Source: Eledone cirrhosa (Eukaryota). From it: a DNA stretch of 64,000 nucleotides. A model generated the notes under the pieces. It searched no databases. It saw only the letters and a list, made by a program, of their open reading frames with translations, and was not told the origin of the DNA. The DNA lies in contig OZ024754.1 of NCBI GenBank assembly GCA_964016885.1, positions 20,770,001 through 20,834,000 on the forward strand, written 5' to 3'. The translations under genes were made by a program, and so were the position numbers. Shown here one piece after another: positions 1 to 15,400 of this stretch. How positions within the stretch are numbered: the stretch's first letter is position 1; each line of letters starts with the position of its first letter.

Positions 1-499
1 TATTAACATAGGGACTCCCTCCCATATTAGCCTTGGTATTAACATAGACTACCTCCCTTATTACCCTGGGTCTTAACATAGACTACCTACCATATTAGAC
101 TTGGTATTAACATAGACTCCCTCCCATATTACCCTTGGTATTAACACAGACTCCATCCCATATTACCCTTGGTATTAACATAGGGACTCCCTCCCATATT
201 ACCCTTGGTATTAACATAGAGACTCCCCCCCACATTACCCTTGGTATTAATATAGAGACTCCCTCCCATATTAACCTTGGTGTTAACATAGACTCCCTCC
301 CATATTACCCTTGGTATTAACATAGGGACTCCCTCCCATATTAGACTTGGTATTAACATAGACTCCCTCCCATATTACCCTTGGTATTAACATAGACTCC
401 CTCCCATATTACCCTTGGTATTAACATAGACTCCTCCCATATTACCCTTGGTATTAACATAGACTCCCTCCCATATTAGCCTTGGTATTAATATAGAGA

Positions 500-3400
500 C
501 TCCGACCCCCATATTACCCTTTCTATAAACTTAGACTCGCTCCCATATTACCCTTGGTATTAACATAAACTCCCTCCCATATTACCCTTGTTATTAACAT
601 AGACTACCTCCCATATTACCCTGGGTCTTAACTTAGACTCCCTCCCATATTAGACTTGGTATTAACATAGACTCCCTGCCATATTACCCTTTGTATTTAC
701 ATAGACTCCCTCCCATATTACCCTTGGTATTAACATAGACTCCCTCCCATATTACCCTTGGTATTAACATAGAGACTCCCCCCCATATAACCCTTGGTAT
801 TAATATAGAGACTCCCCCCCATATTACCCTTGGTATTAATATAGAGACTCCCTCCCATATTAACCTTGGTGTTAACATAGACTCCCTCCCATATTACCCT
901 TGGTATTAACATAGGGACTCCCTCCCATATTACCCTTGGTATTAACATAGAGACCGCCCCCCCCCATATTAACCTTGGTATTAACATAGACTCCCTCCCA
1001 TATTACCCTTGGTATTAACATAGACTCCATCCCATATTACCCTTGGTATTAACATAGACTCCCTCACATATTACAATTGGTGTTAACATAGACTCCCTCC
1101 CATATTACCGTTGGTATTAACACAGGGACTCTCTCCCATATTAGCCTTGGTATTAACATAGGGACTCCCTCCCATATTACCCTTGGTATTAACATAGAGA
1201 CTCTACCCCATATTACCCTTGGTATTAATATAGAGACTCCGCCCCCCATATTACCCTTGGTATTAACATAGACTCGCTCCCATATTACCCTCGGTATTGA
1301 CATAGACTCCCTCCCATATTACCCTTGGTATTAACATAGACTACCTCCCATATTACCCTGGGTCTTAACATAGACTCCCTCCCATATTATACTTGGTATT
1401 AACATAGACTCCCTGCCATATTACCCTTTGTATTAACATAGACTCCCTCCCATATTACCCTTGGTATTAACATAGGGACTCCCTCCCATATTAGCCTTGG
1501 TATTAACATAGGGACTCCCTCCCATATTAGCCTTGGTATTAACATAGACTACCTCCCTTATTACCCTGGGTCTTAACATAGACTCCCTCCCATATTAGAC
1601 TTGGTATTAACATAGACTCCCTCCCAGATTACCCTTGGTATTAATATAGACTCCTTCCCATATTACCCTTGGTATTAACATAGGGACTCCCTCCCATATT
1701 ACCCTTGGGATTAACATAGAGACTCCCCCCCATATTACCCTTGGTATTAATATAGAGACTCCCTCCCATATTAACCTTGGTGTTAACATAGACTCCCTCC
1801 CATATTACCCTTGGTATTAACATAGACTCCTCCCATATTACCCTTGGTATTAACATAGACTCCCTCCCATATTAGCCTTGGTATTAATATAGAGACTCCG
1901 CCCCCAATATTACCCTTGGTATTAACATAGACTCGTCCCATATTACCCTCGGTATTAACATAGACTCCCTACCATATTACCCTTGGTATTAACATAGGGA
2001 CTCCCTCCCATATTACCCTTGGTATTAACATAGAGACTCTACCCCATATTACCCTTGGTATTAATATAGAGACCGTCCCATATTACCCTTGGTATTAACA
2101 TAGACTCGCTCCCATATTACCCTCGGTATTAACATAGACTCCCTCCCATATTACCCTTGGTATTAACATAGACTACCTCCCATATTACCCTGGGTCTTAA
2201 CACAGACTCCCTCCCATATTAGACTTGGTATTAACATAGACTCCCTGCCATATTACCCTTTGTATTAACATAGACTCCCTCCCATATTACCCTTGGTATT
2301 AACATAGGGACTCCCTCCCATATTAGCCTTGGTATTAACATAGGGACTCCCTCCCATATTAGCCTTGGTATTAACATAGACTACCTCCCTTATTACCCTG
2401 GGTCTTAACATAGACTACCTACCATATTAGACTTGGTATTAACATAGACTCCCTCCCATATTACCCTTGGTATTAACACAGACTCCCTCCCATATTACCC
2501 TTGGTATTAACATAGGGACTCCCTCCCATATTACCCTTGGTATTAACATAGAGACTCCCCCCCATATTACCCTTGGTATTAATATAGAGACTCCCTCCCA
2601 TATTAACCTTGGTGTTAACATAGACTCCCTCCCATATTACCCTTGGTATTAACATAGGGACTCCCTCCCATATTAGCCTTGGTATTAACATAGGGACTCC
2701 CTCCCATATTAGACTTGGTATTAACATAGACTCCCTCCCATATTACCCTTGGTATTAACATAGACTCCCTCCCATATTACCCTTGGTATTAACATAGACT
2801 CCTCCCATATTACCCTTGGTATTAACATAGAGACTCTACCCCATATTACCCTTGGTATTAATATAGAGACTCCGCCCCCCATATTACCCTTGGTATTAAC
2901 ATAGACTCGCTCCCATATTACCCTCGGTATTAACATAGACTCGCTCCCATATTACCCTTGGTATTAACATAGACTCCCTCCCATATTACCCTTGGTATTA
3001 ACATAGGGACTCCCTCCCATATTACCCTTGGTTTAACATAGAGACTCCCCCCCATATTAACCTTGGTATTAAAGTAGAGACTCCCTCCCATATTAACCTT
3101 GGTGTTAACATAGACTCCCTCCCATATTACCCTTGGTATTAACATAGTGACTCCCTCCCATATTAGCCTTGGTATTAACATAGGGACTCCCTCCCATATT
3201 AGCCTTGGTATTTACATAGACTCCCTCCCATATTACCCTTGGTATTAACATAGACTCCCTCCCATATTACCCTTGGTATTAACATAGACTCCCTCCCATA
3301 TTAACCTTGGTATTAACATAGAGACTCCCCCCCCATATTACCCTTGGTATTAATATAGACTCCCTACCATATTACCCTTTGTATTAACATAGACCCCCTC

Positions 3401-6400
3401 CCATAATACCCATGGTATTAACATAGACTCCCACCCATATTACCCCTGGTATTAACATAGAGAATCCCTCCCATATTACCCTTGATATTACTATAGACTC
3501 CCTCCCATATTACCCTTGGTATTAACATAGACTCCCTCCCATATTACCCTTAGTATTAACATAGAGACTCCCTCCCATATTAACATTGGTATTAACATAG
3601 ACTCCCTCCCATATTACCCTTGGTATTAACATAGACTCCCTCCCATATTAGACTTGGTATTAACATAGACTCCCTCCCATATTACCCTTGGTATTAACAT
3701 AGACTCCCTCCCATATTACCCTTGGTATTAACATAGACTCGTCCCATATTACCCTCGGTATTAACATAGACTCCCTCCCATATTACCCTTGGTATTAACA
3801 TAGGGACTCCCTCCCATATTACCCTTGGTATTAACATAGAGACTCTACCCCATATTACCCTTGGTATTAATATAGAGACTCCGCCCCCCCATATTACCCT
3901 TGGTATTAACATAGACTCGCTCCCATATTACCCTCGGTATTAACATAGACTCCCTCCCATATTACCCTTGGTATTAACATAGACTACCTCCCATATTACC
4001 CTGGGTCTTAACACAGACTCCCTCCCATATTAGACTTGGTATTAACATAGACTCCCTGCCATATTACCCTTTGTATTAACATAGACTCCCTCCCATATTA
4101 CCCTTGGTATTAACATAGGGACTCCCTCCCATATTAGCCTTGGTATTAACATAGGGACTCCCTCCCATATTAGCCTTGGTATTAACATAGACTACCTCCC
4201 TTATTACCCTGGGTCTTAACATAGACTACCTACCATATTAGACTTGGTATCAACATAGACTCCCTCCCATATTACCCTTGGTATTAACACAGACTCCCTC
4301 CCATATTACCCTTGGTATTAACATAGGGACTCCCTCCCATATTACCCTTGGTATTAACATAGAGACTCCCCCCCATATTACCCTTGGTATTAATATAGAG
4401 ACTCCGACCCCCATATTACCCTTTCTATAAACTTAGACTCGCTCCCATATTACCCTTGGTATTAACATAAACTCCCTCCCATATTACCCTTGGTATTAAC
4501 ATAGACTTCCTCCCATATTACCCTGGGTCTTAACTTAGACTCCCTCCCATATTAGACTTGGTATTAACATAGACTCCCTGCCATATTACCCTTTGTATTT
4601 ACATAGACTCCCTCCCATAATACCCTTGGTATTAACATAGACTCCCTCCCATATTACCCTTGGTATTAACATAGAGACTCCCCCCCATATAACCCTTGGT
4701 ATTAATATAGAGACTCCCCCCCATATTACCCTTGGTATTAATATAGAGACTCCCTCCCATATTAACCTTGGTGTTAACATAGACTCCCTCCCATATTACC
4801 CTTGGTATTAACATAGGGACTCCCTCCCATATTACCCTTGGTATTAACATAGAGACCGCCCCCCCCATATTACCCTTGGTATTAACATAGACTCCCTCCC
4901 ATATTACCCTTGGTATTAACATAGACTCCATCCCATATTACCCTTGGTATTAACATAGACTCCCTCACATATTACAATTGGTGTTAACATAGACTCCCTC
5001 CCATATTACTGTTGGTATTAACACAGGGACTCTCTCCCATATTAGCCTTGGTATTAACATAGGGACTCCCTCCCATATTACCCTTGGTATTAACATAGAG
5101 ACTCTACCCCATATTACCCTTGGTATTAATATAGAGACTCCGCCCCCCATATTACCCTTGGTATTAACATAGACTCGCTCCCATATTACCCTCGGTATTG
5201 ACATAGACTCCCTCCCATATTACCCTTGGTATTAACATAGACTACCTCCCATATTACCCTGGGTCTTAACATAGACTCCCTCCCATATTATACTTGGTAT
5301 TAACATAGACTCCCTGCCATATTACCCTTTGTATTAACATAGACTCCCTCCCATATTACCCTTGGTATTAACATAGGGACTCCCTCCCATATTAGCCTTG
5401 GTATTAACATAGGGACTCCCTCCCATATTAGCCTTGGTATTAACATAGACTACCTCCCTTATTACCCTGGGTCTTTACATAGACTCCCTCCCATATTAGA
5501 CTTGGTATTAACATAGACTCCCTCCCAGATTACCCTTGGTATTAATATAGACTCCTTCCCATATTACCCTTGGTATTAACATAGGGACTCCCTCCCATAT
5601 TACCCTTGGTATTACCATAGAGACTCCCCCCCATATTACCCTTGGTATTAATATAGAGACTCCCTCCCATATTAACCTTGGTGTTAACATAGACTCCCTC
5701 CCATATTACCCTTGGTATTAACATAGACTCCTCCCATATTACCCTTGGTATTAACATAGACTCCCTCCCATATTAGCCTTGGTATTAATATAGAGACTCC
5801 GCCCCCCATATTACCCTTGGTATTAACATAGACTCGTCCCATATTACCCTCGGTATTAACATAGACTCCCTCCCATATTACCCTTGGTATTAACATAGGG
5901 ACTCCCTCCCATATTACCCTTGGTATTAACATAGAGACTCTACCCCATATTACCCTTGGTATTAATATAGAGACTCCGCCCCCCATATTACCCTTGGTAT
6001 TAACATAGACTCGCTCCCATATTACCCTCGGTATTAACATAGACTCCCTCCAATATTACCCTTGGTATTAACATAGACTACCTCCCATATTACCCTGGGT
6101 CTTAACACAGACTCCCTCCCATATTAGACTTGGTATTAACATAGACTCCCTGCCATATTACCCTTTGTATTAACATAGACTCCCTCCCATATTACCCTTG
6201 GTATTAACATAGGGACTCCCTCCCATATTAGCCTTGGTATTAACATAGGGACTCCCTCCCATATTAGCCTTGGTATTAACATAGACTACCTCCCTTATTA
6301 CCCTGGGTCTTAACATAGACTACCTACCATATTAGACTTGGTATTAACATAGACTCCCTCCCATATTACCCTTGGTATTAACACAGACTCCCTCCCATAT

Positions 6401-8250
6401 TACCCTTGGTATTAACATAGGGACTCCCTCCCATATTACCCTTGGTATTAACATAGAGACTCCCCCCCATATTACCCTTGGTATTAATATAGAGACTCCC
6501 TCCCATATTAACCTTGGTGTTAACATAGACTCCCTCCCATATTACCCTTGGTATTAACATAGGGACTCCCTCCCATATTAGCCTTGGTATTAACATAGGG
6601 ACTCCCTCCCATATTAGACTTGGTATTAACATAGACTCCCTCCCATATTACCCTTGGTATTAACATAGACTCCCTCCCATATTACCCTTGGTATTAACAT
6701 AGACTCCTCCCATATTACCCTTGGTATTAACATAGAGACTCTACCCCATATTACCCTTGGTATTAATATAGAGACTCCGCCCCCCATATTACCCTTGGTA
6801 TTAACATAGACTCGCTCCCATATTACCCTCGGTATTAACATAAACTCCCTCCCATATTACCCTTGGTATTAACATAGACTACCTCCCATTTTACCCTGGG
6901 TCTTAACATAGACTCCCTCCCATATTAGACTTGGTATTAACATAGACTCCCTCCCATATTACCCTTGGTATTAACATAGACTCCCTCCCATATTACCCTT
7001 GGTATTAACATAGGGACTCCCTCCATATTACCCTTGGTTTAACATAGAGACTCCCCCCCATATTACCCTTGGTATTAAAGTAGAGACTCCCTCCCATATT
7101 AACCTTGGTGTTAACATAGACTCCCTCCCATATTACCCTTGGTATTAACATAGTGACTCCCTCCCATATTAGCCTTGGTATTAACATACGGACTCCCTCC
7201 CATATTAGCCTTGGTATTTACATAGACTCCCTCCCATATTACCCTTGGTATTAACATAGACTCCCTCCCATATTACCCTTGGTATTAACATAGACTCCCT
7301 CCCATATTAACCTTGGTATTAACATAGAGACTCCCCCCCCCCATATTACCCTTGGTATTAATATAGACTCCCTACCATATTACCCTTTGTATTAACATAG
7401 ACCCCCTCCCATATTACCCATGGTATTAACATAGACTCCCACCCATATTACCCCTGGTATTAACATAGAGAATCCCTCCCATATTACCCTTGATATTAAC
7501 ATAGACTCCCTCCCATATTACCCTTGGTATTAACATAGACTCCCTCCCATATTACCCTTAGTATTAACATAGAGACTCCCTCCCATATTAACATTGGTAT
7601 TAACATAGACTCCCTCCCATATTACCCTTGGTATTAACATAGACTCCCTCCCATATTAGACTTGGTATTAACATAGACTCCCTCCCATATTACCCTTGGT
7701 ATTAACATAGACTCCCTCCCATATTACCCTTGGTATTAACATAGACTCGTCCCATATTACCCTCGGTATTAACATAGACTCCCTCCCATATTACCCTTGG
7801 TATTAACATAGGGACTCCCTCCCATATTACCCTTGGTATTAACATAGAGACTCTACCCCATATTACCCTTGGTATTAATATAGAGACTCCGCCCCCCCAT
7901 ATTACCCTTGGTATTAACATAGACTCGCTCCCATATTACCCTCGGTATTAACATAGACTCCCTCCCATATTACCCTTGGTATTAACATAGACTACCTCCC
8001 ATATTACCCTGGGTCTTAACACAGACTCCCTCCCATATTAGACTTGGTATTAACATAGACTCCCTGCCATATTACCCTTTGTATTAACATAGACTCCCTC
8101 CCATATTACCCTTGGTATTAACATAGGGACTCCCTCCCATATTAGCCTTGGTATTAACATAGGGACTCCCTCCTATATTAGCCTTGGTATTAACATAGAC
8201 TACCTCCCTTATTACCCTGGGTCTTAACATAGACTACCTACCGTATTAGA
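500..8250. repeat. ~3.9 kb higher-order duplication (approx. 500-4400 vs 4400-8250) with internal monomer indels
   Basis: The marker TTCTATAAACTTAG lies at ~521 and ~4423 (offset 3902). Matching repeat-derived ORFs recur at 684/4586, 1064/4965, 1607/5508, 2439/6344 and 2721/6626. The offset rises to 4008 at 3694/7702. Boundaries are approximate. Confidence 0.8.
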
Positions 8251-8679
8251 CTTGGTATTAACATAGACTCCCTCCCATATTACCCTTGGTATTAACACAG
8301 ACTCCCTCCCATATTACCCTTGGTATTAACATAGGGACTCCCTCCCATATTACCCTTGGTATTAACATAGAGACTCCCCCCCATATTACCCTTGGTATTA
8401 ATATAGAGACTCCCTCCCATATTAACCTTGGTGTTAACATAGACTCCCTCCCATATTACCCTTGGTATTAACATAGGGACTCCCTCCCATATTAGCCTTG
8501 GTATTAACATAGGGACTCCCTCCCATATTAGACTTGGTATTAACATAGACTCCCTCCCATATTACCCTTGGTATTAACATAGACTCCCTCCCATATTACC
8601 CTTGGTATTAACATAGACTCCTCCCATATTACCCTTGGTATTAACATAGACTCCCTCCCATATTAGCCTTGGTATTAAT

Positions 8680-11600
8680 ATAGAGACTCCGACCCCCATA
8701 TTACCCTTTCTATAAACTTAGACTCGCTCCCATATTACCCTTGGTATTAACATAAACTCCCTCCCATATTACCCTTGGTATGAACATAGACTACCTCCCA
8801 TATTACCCTGGGTCTTAACTTAGACTCCCTCCCATATTAGACTTGGTATTAACATAGACTCCCTGCCATATTACCCTTTGTATTTACATAGACTCCCTCC
8901 CATATTACCCTTGGTATTAACATAGACTCCCTCCCATATTACCCTTGGTATTAACATAGAGACTCCCCCCCATATAACCCTTGGTATTAATATAGAGACT
9001 CCCCCCCATATTACCCTTGGTATTAATATAGAGACTCCCTCCCATATTAACCTTGGTGTTAACATAGACTCCCTCCCATATTACCCTTGGTATTAACATA
9101 GGGACTCCCTCCCATATTACCCTTGGTATTAACATAGAGACCGCCCCCCCCATATTACCCTTGGTATTAACATAGACTCCCTCCCATATTACCCTTGGTA
9201 TTAACATAGACTCCATCCCATATTACCCTTGGTATTAACATAGACTCCCTCACATATTACAATTGGTGTTAACTTAGACTCCCTCCCATATTACTGTTGG
9301 TATTAACACAGGGACTCTCTCCCATATTAGCCTTGGTATTAACATAGGGACTCCCTCCCATATTACCCTTGGTATTAACATAGAGACTCTACCCCATATT
9401 ACCCTTGGTATTAATATAGAGACTCCGCCCCCCATATTACCCTTGGTATTAACATAGACTCGCTCCCATATTACCCTCGGTATTGACATAGACTCCCTCC
9501 CATATTACCCTTGGTATTAACATAGACTACCTCCCATATTACCCTGGGTCTTAACATAGACTCCCTCCCATATTATACTTGGTATTAACATAGACTCCCT
9601 GCCATATTACCCTTTGTATTAACATAGACTCCCTCCCATATTACCCTTGGTATTAACATAGGGACTCCCTCCCATATTAGCCTTGGTATTAACATAGGGA
9701 CTCCCTCCCATATTAGCCTTGGTATTAACATAGACTACCTCCCTTATTACCCTGGGTCTTTACATAGACTCCCTCCCATATTAGACTTGGTATTAACATA
9801 GACTCCCTCCCAGATTACCCTTGGTATTAATATAGACTCCTTCCCATATTACCCTTGGTATTAACATAGGGACTCCCTCCCATATTACCCTTGGTATTAC
9901 CATAGAGACTCCCCCCCATATTAACCTTGGTATTAATATAGAGACTCCCTCCCATATTAACCTTGGTGTTAACATAGACTCCCTCCCATATTACCCTTGG
10001 TATTAACATAGACTCCTCCCATATTACCCTTGGTATTAACATAGACTCCCTCCCATATTAGCCTTGGTATTAATATAGAGACTCCGCCCCCCATATTACC
10101 CTTGGTATTAACATAGACTCGTCCCATATTACCCTCGGTATTAACATAGACTCCCTCCCATATTACCCTTGGTATTAACATAGGGACTCCCTCCCATATT
10201 ACCCTTGGTATTAACATAGAGACTCTACCCCATATTACCCTTGGTATTAATATAGAGACTCCGCCCCCCCATATTACCCTTGGTATTAACATAGACTCGC
10301 TCCCATATTACCCTCGGTATTAACATAGACTCCCTCCAATATTACCCTTGGTATTAACATAGACTACCTCCCATATTACCCTGGGTCTTAACACAGACTC
10401 CCTCCCATATTAGACTTGGTATTAACATAGACTCCCTGCCATATTACCCTTTGTATTAACATAGACTCCCTCCCATATTACCCTTGGTATTAACATAGGG
10501 ACTCCCTCCCATATTAGCCTTGGTATTAACATAGGGACTCCCTCCCATATTAGCCTTGGTATTAACATAGAGACTCCCCCCCATATTACCCTTGGTATTA
10601 ATATAGAGACTCCGACCCCCATATTACCCTTTCTATAAACTTAGACTCGCTCCCATATTACCCTTGGTATTAACATAAACTCCCTCCCATATTACCCTTG
10701 GTATTAACATAGACTACCTCCCATATTACCCTGGGTCTTAACTTAGACTCCCTCCCATATTAGACTTGGTATTAACATAGACTCCCTGCCATATTACCCT
10801 TTGTATTTACATAGACTCCCTCCCATATTACCCTTGGTATTAACATAGACTCCCTCCCATATTACCCTTGGTATTAACATAGAGACTCCCCCCCATATAA
10901 CCCTTGGTATTAATATAGAGACTCCCCCCCATATTACCCTTGGTATTAATATAGAGACTCCCTCCCATATTAACCTTGGTGTTAACATAGACTCCCTCCC
11001 ATATTACCCTTGGTATTAACATAGGGACTCCCTCCCATATTACCCTTGGTATTAACATAGAGACCGCCCCCCCCCATATTACCCTTGGTATTAACATAGA
11101 CTCCCTCCCATATTACCCTTGGTATTAACATAGACTCCATCCCATATTACCCTTGGTATTAACATAGACTCCCTCACATATTACAATTGGTGTTAACATA
11201 GACTCCCTCCCATATTACTGTTGGTATTAACACAGGGACTCTCTCCCATATTAGCCTTGGTATTAACATAGGGACTCCCTCCCATATTACCCTTGGTATT
11301 AACATAGAGACTCTACCCCATATTACCCTTGGTATTAATATAGAGACTCCGCCCCCCATATTACCCTTGGTATTAACATAGACTCGCTCCCATATTACCC
11401 TCGGTATTGACATAGACTCCCTCCCATATTACCCTTGGTATTAACATAGACTACCTCCCATATTACCCTGGGTCTTAACATAGACTCCCTCCCATATTAT
11501 ACTTGGTATTAACATAGACTCCCTGCCATATTACCCTTTGTATTAACATAGACTCCCTCCCATATTACCCTTGGTATTAACATAGGGACTCCCTCCCATA

Positions 11601-12450
11601 TTAGCCTTGGTATTAACATAGGGACTCCCTCCCATATTAGCCTTGGTATTAACATAGACTACCTCCCTTATTACCCTGGGTCTTTACATAGACTCCCTCC
11701 CATATTAGACTTGGTATTAACATAGACTCCCTCCCAGATTACCCTTGGTATTAATATAGACTCCTTCCCATATTACCCTTGGTATTAACATAGGGACTGC
11801 CTCCCATATTACCCTTGGTATTACCATAGAGACTCCCCCCCATATTACCCTTGGTATTAATATAGAGACTCCCTCCCATATTAACCTTGGTGTTAACATA
11901 GACTCCCTCCCATATTACCCTTGGTATTAACATAGACTCCTCCCATATTACCCTTGGTATTAACATAGACTCCCTCCCATATTAGCCTTGGTATTAATAT
12001 AGAGACTCCGCCCCCCATATTACCCTTGGTATTAACATAGACTCGTCCCATATTACCCTCGGTATTAACATAGACTCCCTCCCATATTACCCTTGGTATT
12101 AACATAGGGACTCCCTCCCATATTACCCTTGGTATTAACATAGAGACTCTACCCCATATTACCCTTGGTATTAATATAGAGACTCCGCCCCCCCATATTA
12201 CCCTTGGTATTAACATAGACTCGCTCCCATATTACCCTCGGTATTAACATAGACTCCCTCCAATATTACCCTTGGTATTAACATAGACTACCTCCCATAT
12301 TACCCTGGGTCTTAACACAGACTCCCTCCCATATTAGACTTGGTATTAACATAGACTCCCTGCCATATTACCCTTTGTATTAACATAGACTCCCTCCCAT
12401 ATTACCCTTGGTATTAACATAGGGACTCCCTCCCATATTAGCCTTGGTAT
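8680..12450. repeat. ~1.92 kb tandem higher-order duplication
   Basis: The marker TTCTATAAAC lies at ~8708 and ~10631. ORF pairs 8871/10794, 9793/11717 and 9969/11893 have offsets of 1923-1924. Shared variants include GGGTCTTTAC, TATTACCATAG and CTCCAATATT. Confidence 0.85.
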
Positions 12451-15400
12451 TAACATAGACTACCTCCCTTATTACCCTGGGTCTTAACATAGACTACCTA
12501 CCATATTAGACTTGGTATTAACATAGACTCCCTCCCATATTACCCTTGGTATTAACACAGACTCCCTCCCATATTACCCTTGGTATTAACATAGGGACTC
12601 CCTCCCATATTAACCTTGGTGTTAACATAGACTCCCTCCCATATTACCCTTGGTATTAACATAGGGACTCCCTCCCATATTAGACTTGGTATTAACATAG
12701 ACTCCCTCCCATATTACCCTTGGTATTAACATAGACTCCTCCCATATTACCCTTGGTATTAACATAGACTCCCTCCCATATTAGCCTTGGTATTAATATA
12801 GAGACTCCGACCCCCATATTACCCTTGGTATTAACATAGACTCGCTCCCATATTACCCTCGGTATTAACATAAACTCCCTCCCATATTACCCTTGGTATT
12901 AACATAGACTCCTCCCATATTACCCTTGGTATTAACATAGACTCCTCCCATATTACCCTTGGTATTAACATAGAGACTCCCCCCCATATTACCCTTGGTA
13001 TTAATATAGAGACTCCCTCCCATATTAACCTTGGTGTTAACATAGACTCCCTCCCATATTACCCTTGGTATTAACATAGGGACTCCCTCCCATATTAGCC
13101 TTGGTATTAACATAGGGACTCCCTCCCATATTAGACTTGGTATTAACATAGACTCCCTCCCATATTACCCTTGGTATTAACATAGACTCCCTCCCATATT
13201 ACCCTTGGTATTAACATAGACTCCTCCCATATTACCCTTGGTATTAACATAGAGACTCTACCCCATATTACCCTTGGTATTAATATAGAGACTCCGCCCC
13301 CCATATTACCCTTGGTATTAACATAGACTCGCTCCCATATTACCCTCGGTATTAACATAAACTCCCTCCCATATTACCCTTGGTATTAACATAGACTACC
13401 TCCCATTTTACCCTGGGTCTTAACATAGACTCCCTCCCATATTAGACTTGGTATTAACATAGACTCCCTCCCATATTACCCTTGGTATTAACATAGACTC
13501 CCTCCCATATTACCCTTGGTATTAACATAGGGACTCCCTCCCATATTACCCTTGGTTTAACATAGAGACTCCCCCCCATATTACCCTTGGTATTAAAGTA
13601 GAGACTCCCTCCCATATTAACCTTGGTGTTAACATAGACTCCCTCCCATATTACCCTTGGTATTAACATAGTGACTCCCTCCCATATTAGCCTTGGTATT
13701 AACATACGGACTCCCTCCCATATTAGCCTTGGTATTTACATAGACTCCCTCCCATATTACCCTTGGTATTAACATAGACTCCCTCCCATATTACCCTTGG
13801 TATTAACATAGACTCCCTCCCATATTAACCTTGGTATTAACATAGAGACTCCCCCCCCATATTACCCTTGGTATTAATATAGACTCCCTACCATATTACC
13901 CTTTGTATTAACATAGACCCCCTCCCATATTACCCATGGTATTAACATAGACTCCCACCCATATTACCCCTGGTATTAACATAGAGAATCCCTCCCATAT
14001 TACCCTTGATATTAACATAGACTCCCTCCCATATTACCCTTGGTATTAACATAGACTCCCTCCCATATTACCCTTAGTATTAACATAGAGACTCCCTCCC
14101 ATATTAACATTGGTATTAACATAGACTCCCTCCCATATTACCCTTGGTATTAACATAGACTCCCTCCCATATTAGACTTGGTATTAACATAGACTCCCTC
14201 CCATATTACCCTTGGTATTAACATAGACTCCCTCCCATATTACCCTTGGTATTAACATAGACTCGTCCCATATTACCCTCGGTATTAACATAGACTCCCT
14301 CCCATATTACCCTTGGTATTAACATAGGGACTCCCTCCCATATTACCCTTGGTATTAACATAGAGACTCTACCCCATATTACCCTTGGTATTAATATAGA
14401 GACTCCGCCCCCCCATATTACCCTTGGTATTAACATAGACTCGCTCCCATATTACCCTCGGTATTAACATAGACTCCCTCCCATATTACCCTTGGTATTA
14501 ACATAGACTACCTCCCATATTACCCTGGGTCTTAACACAGACTCCCTCCCATATTAGACTTGGTATTAACATAGACTCCCTGCCATATTACCCTTTGTAT
14601 TAACATAGACTCCCTCCCATATTACCCTTGGTATTAACATAGGGACTCCCTCCCATATTAGCCTTGGTATTAACATAGACTACCTCCCTTATTACCCTGG
14701 GTCTTAACATAGACTACCTACCGTATTAGACTTGGTATTAACATAGACTCCCTCCCATATTACCCTTGGTATTAACACAGACTCACTCCCATATTACCCT
14801 TGGTATTAACATAGGGACTCCCTCCCATATTACCCTTGGTATTAACATAGAGACTCCCCCCCATATTACCCTTGGTATTAATATAGAGACTCCCTCCCAT
14901 ATTAACCTTGGTGTTAACATAGACTCCCTCCCATATTACCCTTGGTATTAACATAGGGACTCCCTCCCATATTAGCCTTGGTATTAACATAGGGACTCCC
15001 TCCCATATTAGACTTGGTATTAACATAGACTCCCTCCCATATTACCCTTGGTATTAACATAGACTCCTCCCATATTACCCTTGGTATTAACATAGAGACT
15101 CTACCCCATATTACCCTTGGTATTAACACAGACTCCCTCCCATATTACCCTTGGTATTAACATAGGGACTCCCTCCCATATTACCCATGGTATTAATATA
15201 GAGACTCCCTCCCATATTAACCTTGGTGTTAACATAGACTCCCTCCCATATTACCCTTGGTATTAACATAGGGACTCCCTCCCATATTAGCCTTGGTATT
15301 AACATAGGGACTCCCTCCCATATTAGACTTGGTATTAACATAGACTCCCTCCCATATTACCCTTGGTATTAACATAGACTCCCTCCCATATTACCCTTGG

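Noticed and set aside
787-795. Telomere-like motif (TTACCC in the consensus, TAACCC in a rare variant; TAACC in TTAACCTT units)
   Set aside because: Only single isolated 5-6-mers occur, never in tandem. This is insufficient to claim telomeric origin.
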